Shown here: one piece after another, positions 30,210-44,970 of the stretch | Numbering within the stretch: position 1 is the first letter of the stretch | Layout: each line of letters opens with the position of its first letter | Assembly (NCBI GenBank): GCA_051013385.1 | Contig: CP143273.1 | Span: 832,001 to 896,000 of the forward strand | DNA: 64,000 nucleotides | Origin: Phormidium sp. | GTDB lineage: Bacteria; Cyanobacteriota; Cyanobacteriia; Cyanobacteriales; Aerosakkonemataceae | Reading direction: 5' to 3' | Made by a program: the position numbers and the translations under genes | The notes under the pieces: generated by a model | What the model saw: only the letters and a program-made list of their open reading frames with translations | The model's database searches: none | Told to the model about the DNA's origin: nothing

Positions 30210-31069
30210 TGAAGTTGGCAACGGATAATTTAGCAGATGTAACTGAGAGAAATTCTGGGAAAAAAACAGAGTCAAAATCAGTTGCATCACTGCTCATCCG
30301 CTGCTTAATTTTTTCATTTTCTTTATGGCAATTTGCCTTGGTGAGTAATGCCGCAGAACTAAAAGAAATTCAGCGACGCGGCTATTTAATTGTTGCCGTC
30401 AAAGATAACTTACGTCCGCTAGGTTTTCGTGACGCAACAGGAAATTTGCAAGGATTAGAAATCGATCTGGCAAAGCGATTAGCACAAGAAATATTAGGGA
30501 ATGCTGAAGCAATTAAATTTGTGCCAGTGGCGAATCGCGATCGCCTCAGAGTAGTCTTAGAAGGACAAGCTGATTTAACGATTGCCAGAGTAACGGCGAC
30601 AGCTGCACGCGATCGCGTAGTCAGATTTAGCATACCCTACTATATGGATGGGATTGCCCTAGTCACTAAAGAACCTAATGTGCGGAGTTTAGGCAACTTA
30701 ACCCAACAAAAAATTGCCATCCTCAAAGGTTCGAGTACTATAGCCAAAGTTAGGTTTATCTTACCCAAAGCTCAGTTAGTCGGAGTGGATTCATATCAAG
30801 AAGGGCGATCGTTATTAGAATCAAATGGCGCAGTCGCCTTTGCCGCTGACGTTAGCGTTCTCACAGGTTGGGTACAAGAATATCCCCAATACCGTCTCTT
30901 GCCAACCCTCTTGTCCGCAGAACCCCTAGCAGTAGTCATGCCCAAAGGAATCCAGTACGATGACTTACGGCGAGTTGTGAATGAAGCGATCGTGCGCGGA
31001 AAAACCCAAGGTTGGTTGCCTCAACTAGCTACCTCTTGGGGGCTACCTTGGGATAAAGTAAACAAATAA
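30206..31069 (+). CDS. Family-3 (amino acid) ABC substrate-binding protein
   Basis: [20 protein letters not shown]...GLEIDLA; follows rplT. Confidence 0.85.
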   Translation: MMKLATDNLADVTERNSGKKTESKSVASLLIRCLIFSFSLWQFALVSNAAELKEIQRRGYLIVAVKDNLRPLGFRDATGNLQGLEIDLAKRLAQEILGNAEAIKFVPVANRDRLRVVLEGQADLTIARVTATAARDRVVRFSIPYYMDGIALVTKEPNVRSLGNLTQQKIAILKGSSTIAKVRFILPKAQLVGVDSYQEGRSLLESNGAVAFAADVSVLTGWVQEYPQYRLLPTLLSAEPLAVVMPKGIQYDDLRRVVNEAIVRGKTQGWLPQLATSWGLPWDKVNK

Positions 31070-31096
31070 AGATTGAAACCAGATTTAACTAAAAAT

Positions 31097-31624
31097 ATGG
31101 AAAGCTACCTACCAATTGTTTACCTCTCAATATTACTAGTATTGCTCTCTGGAGCCACCTTTGCTATTTTGCGCCAAATCTTCAAAACTCGCAAAGTAGA
31201 AACCTCACTTTCCCGCTTACAAAACAAGCTGAAGAATGAAAAAGGTACCGCCCAAGAATATTACGAACTGGGCAGCATTTATCTAGATAAAAACCTATTT
31301 TCCCAATCTGTTTCCGTGTTTCAAAAAGCACTCAAAGAAGCAGAGAATGAAGAATCAGAAAACACAGCCTTAATTTACAATGGCTTAGGTTTTGCTTACT
31401 TCGCTCAAGAGCAGTACGACTTGGCAATAAGACAATACAAAGAAGCATTGAAGCTCAATCCCCAGTATGTCACAGCAATTAATAATCTAGGCCATGCTTA
31501 CGAAAAAAAGAAATTAACAGCCCCAGCATTACAAGCTTATGAAGATGTCTTGAAAATCGAGCCTAACAATCAAATAGCCAAACGACGTGCTGAATCATTA
31601 CGCAAAAGGTTAGTCACTTCATAA
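31097..31624 (+). CDS. ycf37: TPR protein, Ycf37/Pyg7-like
   Basis: N-terminal TM; YYELGSIYL.K.L, NGLGFAYF.QEQYDLAIRQYKEAL and NNLGHAYE TPRs. Confidence 0.8.
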   Translation: MESYLPIVYLSILLVLLSGATFAILRQIFKTRKVETSLSRLQNKLKNEKGTAQEYYELGSIYLDKNLFSQSVSVFQKALKEAENEESENTALIYNGLGFAYFAQEQYDLAIRQYKEALKLNPQYVTAINNLGHAYEKKKLTAPALQAYEDVLKIEPNNQIAKRRAESLRKRLVTS

Positions 31625-31777
31625 AAGCCAAATCCTGTTTTTGATGAGCGATCGCAATTGTGGAGAGAGTGCGATCGCTTTTGTCAAAAATCCTTGTATC
31701 TTCTGTACTTACTGTGCTAAAAAATACTCCAAGCCTGACTGGGAAAGAATTTAAGTCGTCGAAATCTAAATTATCGG

Positions 31778-33157
31778 CTAAATCCTCGCCCATTCTTTAA
31801 AAACTAGAGACAAATTAAACAATATTTTATCCTCTTTAATTTTTGTTACTAAATACCTTTGTTGTAAAGATTGTAACCCATTATTAAAATCTACTGAAGT
31901 TAAATTTAAACTTTGTCTTAAATCTTCCCTGGAAATAGGTCGATCGAATTTACTTAATTGTAATACGATTTCTTGCTCTCTAGGGGATAAGTTGTTAAAT
32001 ATTTTCCTAAAATGAGACTGCATTTCATTGGTAATATGTAAAGTATTCTCAGCTAAAAAATCAGCCACTTGACCCTCATAATTTTTGTTGATTAACATAA
32101 TAATGCTTTTTAAATAAAACCAATTACCTTCATATAAATTAATTAACTTTAACCAGCTTTCTTCATGGTTAGCGAGCGCGATAGAACTATCTTTTAGTCC
32201 CATATTTCTAATAATTTCCACATCATATAATCCTGACAATTCTAAACATTTAAGCGGATATAATTCCTCATCTAAGCATTCCATTTCTGCACATTGTTCT
32301 TGACTAATTAAAATTACATTACTTTGATGTTCAGTTTCGGCAATCATGGTGAAAAAGTTTTGATAATCTTTGTATTCAGTTTGATATTGTCCCGCCAATT
32401 CACCACTAGCAAATATATTTTGCACATCATCAAGGATAATTAAACATTTTTTCTCATTGAACACATTAAATAATTGTTTTATTTTATCATCTATATTTTC
32501 TTTGGCTTCTTGTTTGCAAGCATTCAATAAATCGTTAATAATTAATTCTAATGATTTGGTGAATTTTAGGCTTTTCCAGATAATTACTTCAAATTGTTGT
32601 AAATTTAGATCGACAAATCTTTTAACGAGAGTAGTTTTACCAATTCCTGATAATCCTAAAACTGAAATTAAACGAATATTTTGCTTAAATATCCACTTGG
32701 AAATGGTTTTAAGTTCACTTTCTCTGTTGTAAAAGTTTATTATTTTAGGAGCTAAAGTTAAATCGCGATCTATTGATTTACTATTAATGTTATTTTCTTG
32801 ATCGTTTTGAATAGGTTGGGTTAAACTTTGTAAACTAAAATTACAAATATGATGATTATTTTGTTGATTATTGTTTTGTATAATAATTGGTGATGATGTT
32901 AATTCTAATCTTTCAAAGGTAGAACGAAAATTAGTCTTTTTAATATCTTCACTTAATTCTTCAGATAAAAGTTTCCATAATTCAGCCCCCACGTCACTAG
33001 CATGATTTTTATGAAAATGATTTTTTTCCCCAATCTCACTATAGGTTTTTCCTTCCCATGTACCCTCAACTACAGCCCTTTGCACATTATCTAAATGCTT
33101 TCCAGTGTGTTCAAAAACTAACCGATCCACAAATTGTAAAACTTCCGTTACATTCAT
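31778..33157 (-). CDS. N-terminal HTH + STAND (NB-ARC-like) ATPase + winged HTH
   Basis: MNVTEVLQFVD...KHLDNVQ..VV.GTWEGKTY.EI...GAELWKLLS..L.E.IKK.NF HTH; FYNRESEL; GLSGIGKT Walker A; LIILDD Walker B; C-terminal LQSLQQRYLV. Confidence 0.88.
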   Translation of the reverse strand: MNVTEVLQFVDRLVFEHTGKHLDNVQRAVVEGTWEGKTYSEIGEKNHFHKNHASDVGAELWKLLSEELSEDIKKTNFRSTFERLELTSSPIIIQNNNQQNNHHICNFSLQSLTQPIQNDQENNINSKSIDRDLTLAPKIINFYNRESELKTISKWIFKQNIRLISVLGLSGIGKTTLVKRFVDLNLQQFEVIIWKSLKFTKSLELIINDLLNACKQEAKENIDDKIKQLFNVFNEKKCLIILDDVQNIFASGELAGQYQTEYKDYQNFFTMIAETEHQSNVILISQEQCAEMECLDEELYPLKCLELSGLYDVEIIRNMGLKDSSIALANHEESWLKLINLYEGNWFYLKSIIMLINKNYEGQVADFLAENTLHITNEMQSHFRKIFNNLSPREQEIVLQLSKFDRPISREDLRQSLNLTSVDFNNGLQSLQQRYLVTKIKEDKILFNLSLVFKEWARI

Positions 33158-33200
33158 AAAAGCTAGATATCGTAAAGGTTTCAAGCATTATAGCTTAACT

Positions 33201-33275
33201 CGATCCCAATTTTTCCTAACTTTTCCGTTTTTTAGCTTAAAACTTGGTAATGAAGATCCCGTGAAAATCCGTTTT
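33201..33275. promoter_or_regulatory. Phased direct repeats in divergent promoter
   Basis: TCC-centred units at 33204, 33214 and 33224 (10-bp period), plus ATCC at ~33256 and ~33267. Confidence 0.45.
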
Positions 33276-33345
33276 TTTAGAGTAGTTAAATCCCAAGCTC
33301 AAGCTTAGGCTAGAAGTATTGAAAAATCAAAGAAAGAAAAATTAT

Positions 33346-34284
33346 ATGGATTTACGAGACGTATTACAGGGGCTAGTCAAAGAGCTTCTACCCGGTCAAC
33401 AAATGTCAAAAGAACATTTCGAGGAAATCTACCGAATGATTGAGGATAAGGTAGATAATGAACCTCCTCCTCGCTTTGCATTTATTGGTGAATGTGGAGT
33501 AGGAAAATCATCTACTCTCAATGCACTGTTCAACGCAGGTTTAGAAGTTAGTCATATTCAAGCCTGTACCCAAACAGCCAGAGGTATTGAAATATCATTT
33601 AATGAAATTGAAGGAGTCAATGGGGCATTAATCGCTTATGATATGCCCGGATTGGGTGAAAGTCGCCTTAAACAAAAAGAACATATTGCTATCTATGAAA
33701 AAATTTTAAAAGATGTTGATGTAGCTTTATGGATTTTAGATGGTCAAAATAGAGCGATCGCACAAATACAAGAATATCTTGAAGTGGAATTAAAATCAAT
33801 TCATCCTCAACTTTTGAACAGAATGGTTATCGCTTTAAATAAAGTAGATTTGATCTATCCGGGTGAAACTGCTTGGCATCCTTTAGCTAATTTACCGAGT
33901 GAGGAGCAAGAAGACAATATCAACGGAAGAATTGCTGATGTTAAGAGAAAAATTAGAGAGGTACTTCCTCATTGGCAAGGTAAAATTGTTGGTTACTCTG
34001 CTAATAAAAGATACAATTTACCTCATCTTTTTGATGCCATGATGGATGCTGTACCTAATAAAAGAAAATGGGTAGTTGCTTCTCGTAAAGCCTTAGCTGA
34101 TTTTCTGGAATATGTTGATCCTCAATTATTACCTCTAGAAAAAAGACGGGAAAGATTACAAAATCAGCAACCTCGACCATCAAAAATGTCAGACATTGTG
34201 GCTAATATGCCACCTCAAGAATTTGCTAGATTATCAAGCAATAAAGATGCTTTTGAAAAGTGGCTAAAAGCACAAGGATTGTAA
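33346..34284 (+). CDS. TRAFAC GTPase (YfjP/YeeP/Era-like)
   Basis: G1 GECGVGKSS, G2 ACT, G3 DMPG, G4 NKVD and G5 SAN. Confidence 0.88.
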   Translation: MDLRDVLQGLVKELLPGQQMSKEHFEEIYRMIEDKVDNEPPPRFAFIGECGVGKSSTLNALFNAGLEVSHIQACTQTARGIEISFNEIEGVNGALIAYDMPGLGESRLKQKEHIAIYEKILKDVDVALWILDGQNRAIAQIQEYLEVELKSIHPQLLNRMVIALNKVDLIYPGETAWHPLANLPSEEQEDNINGRIADVKRKIREVLPHWQGKIVGYSANKRYNLPHLFDAMMDAVPNKRKWVVASRKALADFLEYVDPQLLPLEKRRERLQNQQPRPSKMSDIVANMPPQEFARLSSNKDAFEKWLKAQGL

Positions 34285-34337
34285 CAAATATTATTTCCTT
34301 ATTTTCAATCAATTTAACTTAATTAAGGAGAATTAAA

Positions 34338-34619
34338 ATGACATTCGTTTCTACACAAAATGAAATTCCTGATCAAGAATTAGAAAAAATTAGAGCAAAA
34401 TTGATTGCTCAAATTAATTCTATGAACAAACATGACTTAAGCATTATTCACAAAGCAAATATAGATTTTAGAGATTTTGTTGCGGATATTTTTAAAGCAG
34501 TTGCGGCTACTTTTGGTTATATTGTCGGTGTAGTAGTTGGGACATTAGAAGAAATTTATTATGGAATTAAAGAAGGTTTTGAAGGAGGCTTTAATACAGG
34601 AAGAAGAAAAAGAAGATAA
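34338..34619 (+). CDS. Small helical protein with Gly-rich amphipathic/hydrophobic segment
   Basis: AAGGAG SD; paralog of 34673..35017. Confidence 0.85.
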   Translation: MTFVSTQNEIPDQELEKIRAKLIAQINSMNKHDLSIIHKANIDFRDFVADIFKAVAATFGYIVGVVVGTLEEIYYGIKEGFEGGFNTGRRKRR

Positions 34620-34672
34620 AGTAAATAAATTTAATTGAAATTCTTTTGAATAAACAACGAACATAATTAACT

Positions 34673-35017
34673 ATGAGCTATGTTTCTAATCAAAATGAAA
34701 TTCCTGATGACGATCTCGAAAAAATTAGAGCTAGGTTGATTAGCCAAATCAATTCTATGAATGAAGCTGAGTTGAAAATTGTCTCACGCTCAGAAAAAGA
34801 TTTTCGAGACTTTATTGCTGATATTTTTAAAGCAGTTGCAGCAGCTTTAGGTTATATTATTGGCGTAATAGTTGGCACTACTGAAGAAATATTGGGCGGG
34901 GTTAAAAGAGGTTTTATCGATGGCGTTAAGCATGGCAAAACTTCTAATGAGCAAATTGTCGGATTTTTTATTATAGCCATTGTAACATTTATTTTAGTAT
35001 TGATCTTTAAAAGATGA
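34673..35017 (+). CDS. Paralog of the preceding protein with an extra C-terminal TM anchor
   Basis: QNEIPD..LEKIRA.LI.QINSMN...DFRDF.ADIFKAVAA..GYI.GV.VGT.EEI is shared with the preceding protein; C-terminal IVGFFIIAIVTFILVLIFKR. Confidence 0.85.
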   Translation: MSYVSNQNEIPDDDLEKIRARLISQINSMNEAELKIVSRSEKDFRDFIADIFKAVAAALGYIIGVIVGTTEEILGGVKRGFIDGVKHGKTSNEQIVGFFIIAIVTFILVLIFKR

Positions 35018-35442
35018 GCGAATGGATACCCTTTTGGTTCCCTAAATGCCCCAGTTGCCAAAAAAGTTGGGGCAAGAACTTTCATAAAAATTGTTTATTT
35101 AATGGACAGTTATTAGTTGATCCTTATCAACGACAAGTTCGTTGTGATTCTTGTTATGAAGAATGGTATATTATGAACAGTAAATTTTACTGTTCTTGTG
35201 GCTATACCTTTGAAGCATCGGAAGTAGAAAATGCTCTTTCAACAACTCAATTATTAAGACAACGTTTAATTCAAAAAATTAATGAAATGGATATTTTTGA
35301 AAGAAGTATTAAAACTAAATCTCAAACCTCTTTTAGAGAATGGATTGGTAGTATTAGTTATGAAATAGGGAGGTTATTGGGAACAACTGTAAGTCAAACG
35401 AAACAATTAATTGAGAACTTTTTCGATAAGTGGTTATTTTAA
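35014..35442 (+). CDS. Zn-ribbon protein with C-terminal helical domain related to the two preceding proteins
   Basis: CPSC...HKNC...CDSC...CSC; overlaps the upstream stop (ATGA). Confidence 0.82.
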   Translation: MSEWIPFWFPKCPSCQKSWGKNFHKNCLFNGQLLVDPYQRQVRCDSCYEEWYIMNSKFYCSCGYTFEASEVENALSTTQLLRQRLIQKINEMDIFERSIKTKSQTSFREWIGSISYEIGRLLGTTVSQTKQLIENFFDKWLF

Positions 35443-35488
35443 AAAAGTTCAGCCCGATACTCCAATATATAAGCTTAAATCAAAAATC

Positions 35489-35522
35489 AAAAAAACCCCT
35501 TTCTTTATGAAAGGAGGCTTTT
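35489..35522 (-). terminator. rrn intrinsic terminator
   Basis: Minus-strand GCCTCCTTTC-ATAAA-GAAAGGGGT hairpin followed by a T-run, just after 5S. Confidence 0.75.
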
Positions 35523-35539
35523 GTGTTTTTGAATAAAGA

Positions 35540-35657
35540 CCTGGCACCTTGCTATTGTCCCAGGCAGCAACCCGCCAAGTATCTTCGCCGCCGCAACGTT
35601 TCACCACCGAGTTCGGGATGGAATCGGTGTGGTTCCATTGCGCCAACAGCACCAGGA
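35540..35657 (-). rRNA. rrf: 5S rRNA
   Basis: TCCTGGTG...CCATCCCGAACTCGGTGGTGAAACG...CCAGG on the minus strand. Confidence 0.96.
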
Positions 35658-35747
35658 AAACTCGTCTGTTGGGTAAAGAAAACCCAGAAGACTGCATAGT
35701 TGAAGAGAGTTGAGAAACAAGTAGTAGAAATACCAGATGATTGTGGT

Positions 35748-38630
<2,883 letters not shown>

Positions 38631-38858
38631 AATTTGCACAAACATTTGGTAATTATCTACCTGCTATTTGTTTCTTGACTTTCTCTTTGACTATGCAGTT
38701 TTCTAGGTTCTCACTGGCTGATGTCGCCAGCATTCTCTTTGGTTTTTCACCACTAGAGGTGCTGAAGAATCAAACAATCACTCGATCTAGTCTATCATTC
38801 TCTTATTTGAGTTGACAAGCTTTTTCGGTGAGTTTTTTGGCTGGGAGTTAAGTTTTTT

Positions 38859-38934
38859 TGGTGGAGGTAAGCGGACTCGAACCGCTGACATCTGCCGTGC
38901 AAGGACAGCGCTCTACCAACTGAGCTATACCCCC
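38859..38934 (-). tRNA. trnA: tRNA-Ala(TGC)
   Basis: GGGGGTATAGCTCAGTTGGTAGAGCG-CTGTC-CTTGCAC-GGCAG-ATGTCAGCGGTTCGAGTCCGCTTACCTCCACCA. Confidence 0.96.
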
Positions 38935-38950
38935 ACAATGCTGTTTCAGG

Positions 38951-39024
<74 letters not shown>

Positions 39025-39141
39025 ATTTTCCCAACCTGAAAATAGTTTGAAAGCCTGTCCATTCTCGTTCGACCTGGGTATGACCTCAACAGTGACCTAT
39101 TAACTTTCTTTTCGGTCATCAGTTGGGCTAGGTCTCCCTGA

Positions 39142-40629
<1,488 letters not shown>

Positions 40630-40792
40630 GATTATTTGATTGACTCTTTTTGTTCCTAGCTGCGCTAGAAACTCTTTATTAATTTCTTTGACGAGCTTGG
40701 CTTTTTTTGGCTTTCAAACTATACTTTTTTCTAGGTTCGGGCGCGACTTCGAGTGCTTCACTCTCGCTTGGCTTTCTCTCGACCGCTTTACT

Positions 40793-40821
40793 AATGTATC
40801 AACCCTATTCGGGTTTGTCAA
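40793..40821 (-). promoter_or_regulatory. rrn sigma70 promoter
   Basis: TTGACA-17 bp-TACATT on the minus strand. Confidence 0.8.
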
Positions 40822-40910
40822 CACTTTTTCTAAAGTTTTTTGGGGAAGGTTCAGAAGTCTTTACTCACAAGGGTTTCAAGGTTAAGCCTACCCTCGATTT
40901 TGCTAAGGGA

Positions 40911-42740
40911 TTAAGCTGGAACCTGAATTTTTTGATTACCTGCTAGGCCAAAGGCATTATGAATTATCTGTAGGGCGGTTACTCCTTGGTCTTGGGCGAC
41001 TACACAGCTGAGTTTAATTTCTGAGGTGGCAATCATTTGGATGTTGATTTGGTTTTTGGCTAGGGCTTCAAACATCTGGGCGGCGACTCCGGGTTGTCCT
41101 TCCATTGCTGTGCCTACGGCGCTGACTTTGGCGATCGCATAGTCCACCACAACCTCCCCGCAACCCCATTGGGTCACTACTTCTTGTAAAGTAGCTTTGG
41201 CTGCTTCGGCATCACCTTGAGCAACGGTAAAGGCAATATCCCGTCGGGGAAGTCCGTCAATAATTCGACAGCGTTGGGATTGAATAATCATATCCACACT
41301 GATATTTTTGCTGGCGAGTTGTTTAAATAGGCGTGCTGCCATGCCTGGTTGATCGGGAATGTGTCGAATGGCTATGCGTGCTTGGTTAAGATCTAGGGCA
41401 ACTCCTCGCACTGGTGGTAAGGGGTGTTCGGCGGTATTCTCTTGGGTGATTACTTTTCTATTGATCCATGCCGGAGAAGTGTTCACATCAAAGGTTTTGC
41501 AGAGAGCAGAGATTGCCCGATCGCATTCTCCCGCCTCAACTACACAACTCACTTTCACCTCTGAAGTAGAAATCATCAGGATGTTGATCTCCGCTTCTGC
41601 TAAGGTGGCGAACATCTCAGCAGCGATTCCAGGTCTTCCGATCATGCCTGCACCAGCTATACTGACTTTGGCGATTTGTGGATCTACCATGACTTCGGCT
41701 TCATCTGGGGCGGGTGTAGGATGAGTGCGTAAGACGGGTGCGATCGCAGATGCTACTGCTTCGGCTTTTTTGACTACATTTTTGCTGACGGTGAAGGCAA
41801 TATCATTACTGTTACCTTCGTGAATTGACTGAATAATCAAGTCAACATCTAAGTCTTGGTGGGCTATTTCGCCAAACAAACGCGCTGCTACACCAGGACG
41901 ATCGGGTACGCGCAATAACCCTACTTTAGCTTGATCGGTATCAAACTCTATTGCATCGACGGCTTTTACCAGTTCTAAACCTTCCAAAGAACGAGCTTGA
42001 TATGCTGGAGAAACTACCTTTGTACCTGGCTCATCTGTCCAACTCGATCGCACTACTAAAGGTACGCCATAATTCCGGGCAATTTCTACTGCACGGGGAT
42101 GCAAGACTTTTGCGCCCAAACTAGCTAACTCCAACATCTCATCAGAGGTGATTTCTGTCATTAGCTGGGCATCGGGTACTAAGCGGGGATCTGCGGTTAA
42201 AATACCGGGAACATCAGTATAAATCTCGCAAAAGTCAGCCCGCAAAGCTGCTGCTAAGGCAACGGCAGAAGTATCCGATCCACCACGCCCCAAGGTAGTA
42301 ATTTCCAAGTCTGCCACACTGGTAATGCCTTGGAATCCTGCCACTACTACCACTTTACCTTCTTCTAAATGCCGCGAAAGTCTTTCGGTTTCAATTCGCA
42401 AAATTCGAGCGCGGGTGTGTTGTGCTTCGGTGACTATTCCTACTTGGGCACCTGTGAGTGAGATGGCTGGTTGCCCCATCTCCTGCAATGCCATACTGAG
42501 AAGGGCAATGGAAACTTGCTCGCCTGTGGAAAGGAGCATATCCATTTCCCGACGACTAGGGTTAGTGGAAATTTCATTGGCTAGCTTAACTAAACCATCG
42601 GTGGTTTTTCCCATTGCTGAAACTACTACTACCACCGAATTACCAGCTTTAGATGTATCTATAACTCGTTGGGCTACTGCTTTGATGCGTTCTACTGAGC
42701 CAACTGAGGTGCCGCCGTACTTCTGAACAATTAGAGCCAT
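40911..42740 (-). CDS. lysC: Aspartate kinase (four ACT domains)
   Basis: [34 protein letters not shown] and repeated ACT units. Confidence 0.96.
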   Translation of the reverse strand: MALIVQKYGGTSVGSVERIKAVAQRVIDTSKAGNSVVVVVSAMGKTTDGLVKLANEISTNPSRREMDMLLSTGEQVSIALLSMALQEMGQPAISLTGAQVGIVTEAQHTRARILRIETERLSRHLEEGKVVVVAGFQGITSVADLEITTLGRGGSDTSAVALAAALRADFCEIYTDVPGILTADPRLVPDAQLMTEITSDEMLELASLGAKVLHPRAVEIARNYGVPLVVRSSWTDEPGTKVVSPAYQARSLEGLELVKAVDAIEFDTDQAKVGLLRVPDRPGVAARLFGEIAHQDLDVDLIIQSIHEGNSNDIAFTVSKNVVKKAEAVASAIAPVLRTHPTPAPDEAEVMVDPQIAKVSIAGAGMIGRPGIAAEMFATLAEAEINILMISTSEVKVSCVVEAGECDRAISALCKTFDVNTSPAWINRKVITQENTAEHPLPPVRGVALDLNQARIAIRHIPDQPGMAARLFKQLASKNISVDMIIQSQRCRIIDGLPRRDIAFTVAQGDAEAAKATLQEVVTQWGCGEVVVDYAIAKVSAVGTAMEGQPGVAAQMFEALAKNQINIQMIATSEIKLSCVVAQDQGVTALQIIHNAFGLAGNQKIQVPA

Positions 42741-43103
42741 GACCGATTTTCCCCTTGAGCCTCTGGTTATTTTTGACCCGTTAAAGAGGGATTTTTAGAG
42801 GCATTATATTATGTAATGAACTTTTTGAATTTATCAGAATTTGGTAGGAAGATCAGTTAAAGTTTACACTCCTTTATTAGGATATGCAGAATCAGCGTTA
42901 TGTAGCATAAGTAGCAAATTAGTTATTACTTTAGGCTCTTTAATATGTCTTTAGCTGCAAATAATCTATCTTCTAGAATGTATTAGTCGGTTGTACTTAC
43001 GGTAAAATTATACTTATTATTAATGCGATGAATTCGGCAATTACTCGATGCGTCTCACAAATTAATCTAGAATATAACAAAGATTATTTGGAGAGCTACT
43101 AAA

Positions 43104-43676
43104 ATGTTTGTCAGTCAAAACACTGTTTATATTTCGCACGAAAACTATCTAAAAGGCGAGGAAATCAGTCCCGTCAGACATGAGTATATTAGAGGAGAGG
43201 TTTATGCAATGGCTGGCGGTACTCAAGCTCATAATACAATTACGATTAATTTAGCAGCTTTGTTGAGAAATCATGTGCGGGGAAGTGGATGTCGAGCTTT
43301 TGTAGAAAACATCAAGGTTTTGATAGAAGCAGCTGATGTGTATTATTATCCCGATGTGATAGTAACTTGCGATGAAAGGGATAAAAATTTATCTGAATCT
43401 TTCATTCGCTATCCGAGCTTAGTTATAGAAGTATTGTCGGATAATACAGAAGCTTTCGATCGCGGAAATAAGTTTGCCGATTACCAACAAATTGAAACTT
43501 TACAAGAATATGTGTTAGTTTCGCAAAAACGACAAAGAGTAGAATGTTTTCGTCGCAATGCTGAAAGACGTTGGGAATTATATACTTTTGTTCAAGGGGA
43601 GCAGATTCAGTTGGCTAGCATCAATTTTAGTTTTGATATTTCGGCTTTGTATGAAGATGTAGCAGAATTGAGTTAA
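43104..43676 (+). CDS. Uma2-family endonuclease
   Basis: RHEYIRGEVYAMAGG..AH, YYYPDV.V.C, IEVLS..TEAFDRG.KF..Y. Confidence 0.92.
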   Translation: MFVSQNTVYISHENYLKGEEISPVRHEYIRGEVYAMAGGTQAHNTITINLAALLRNHVRGSGCRAFVENIKVLIEAADVYYYPDVIVTCDERDKNLSESFIRYPSLVIEVLSDNTEAFDRGNKFADYQQIETLQEYVLVSQKRQRVECFRRNAERRWELYTFVQGEQIQLASINFSFDISALYEDVAELS

Positions 43677-43759
43677 GATGCTAATAAGCTGAGTAATTTT
43701 CCCTGAGTTTGAATAGTCAATCTATAATTAACTCAATCCAAAGATCAATCTCTAAAATT

Positions 43760-44023
43760 ATGCCAAAATACCTAACTATTAACGAAGCACAAGAAAAGCT
43801 GCCAGAATTACCGGATCAGTTGGCAGATGAACTAGCAATAATCACTAAGGACGGTAAGCCTGTAATGATTGCTATGAGTTTAGAACAGTTTGAATCTTTG
43901 TTGGAAACTCTGGAAATTGTTTCCGATCGAGAATTTATGGCGCAGTTGCGAGAAGGTATTCGACAAGCAGAGGCGGGAGAAACTATTAGCTTAGAAGAGT
44001 TAAAGGCAGAGTTAGGATTTTGA
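43760..44023 (+). CDS. Phd/YefM antitoxin (no toxin downstream)
   Basis: LTINEAQEKLPEL...IITKDGKPVMIAMSLEQFESLLETLEI. Confidence 0.85.
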   Translation: MPKYLTINEAQEKLPELPDQLADELAIITKDGKPVMIAMSLEQFESLLETLEIVSDREFMAQLREGIRQAEAGETISLEELKAELGF

Positions 44024-44036
44024 GAGTATTGAAATT

Positions 44037-44858
44037 TTAATCTTCTACTTTGCTCAATTGTTCTAAAAATTCCTGTACAACTCGATCGGGTTCTTCACTA
44101 CATCTGGTAGGATTGTAATATTGGATAATGGAGATACCGTGAGTTTGGAAAATTTGATCGCACTCCCGAAAATTCGCTTCAGCTTCTTGGGATGGTGGGC
44201 GATCGATCTCTAAAATTCCCGATTTACCTTGATAAAAAATCAGAAAATCAACTTGTTTGTTTTCTCTTCCTTCTGTGCTTGTTAGTCGAATTTGGAAATT
44301 AGGGATAAAGAGGATGTTAGTGCGATCGAGTGCTTCCGCTATTTTCACTTGTGCTTCTGAACAAAAATGTAACCCATTCCAGTGATAAGTTTGTTCTTCT
44401 GAGTCAGGATTAGCTTCCCAGTTATCTCTTGCTTTATCTGATTGAGTGTTATTATTAGTAATAATTTTTCGGTCTAAAATAGCTTGACATAAATCTGCCT
44501 GAATTAAATTTGCACATATTCTGGTTTCACTTAAGTTTGCTCCTGTTAGATTAGCACCATTAAGATTTACCTGAATCGCTTGATTTCCATATAAATTAAT
44601 TTTATTTTGACGCAAATATCGCCTTAAAACTGATTGAATATTATCTTTTTTAACCTTTTCTCCAAATGCTTCTGAAAGAAGTTTCCAAAGTTTAGCACCA
44701 GCATCTTTGATATAATCATATTCGTATTCGGAAGTTACAGCAATTTCCTTATAAGAGCGACCTTCCCAAGATTGACGAAACACAAGTTCTTGCACTTTGT
44801 TGAGGCGCTGATAGTTGATCGCAATTTCCACAAGCTCCAATGCTTCGTCAACTGTCAT
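44037..44858 (-). CDS. HTH regulator (same N-terminal family as 31778..33157) + short pentapeptide repeat + degenerate restriction-endonuclease-like domain
   Basis: MTVDEAL...LNKVQELVFRQSWEGRSYKEIA...DAGAKLWKLLSEAFGEKVKKDN; ANLTGANLS; F.SEAQVKIAEALDR.NILFIPN...VDFLIFYQGKSGILEID. Confidence 0.82.
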   Translation of the reverse strand: MTVDEALELVEIAINYQRLNKVQELVFRQSWEGRSYKEIAVTSEYEYDYIKDAGAKLWKLLSEAFGEKVKKDNIQSVLRRYLRQNKINLYGNQAIQVNLNGANLTGANLSETRICANLIQADLCQAILDRKIITNNNTQSDKARDNWEANPDSEEQTYHWNGLHFCSEAQVKIAEALDRTNILFIPNFQIRLTSTEGRENKQVDFLIFYQGKSGILEIDRPPSQEAEANFRECDQIFQTHGISIIQYYNPTRCSEEPDRVVQEFLEQLSKVED

Positions 44859-44970
44859 GTGTTAAAGTCCCTTGGTAGTGCAGCCTTAGTATTTGCGTAG
44901 GGCATAAAGGAAACCTCTTGAGGCTAAAATATTCCTTTAGACATATATTCTACTACAAAAGCAGTAAATA

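Noticed and set aside
38859..38934. Unusual tRNA-Ala anticodon arm
   Set aside because: The stem CTGTC/GGCAG pairs normally (one G-U) with a 7-nt loop and TGC anticodon; it is an ordinary variant.
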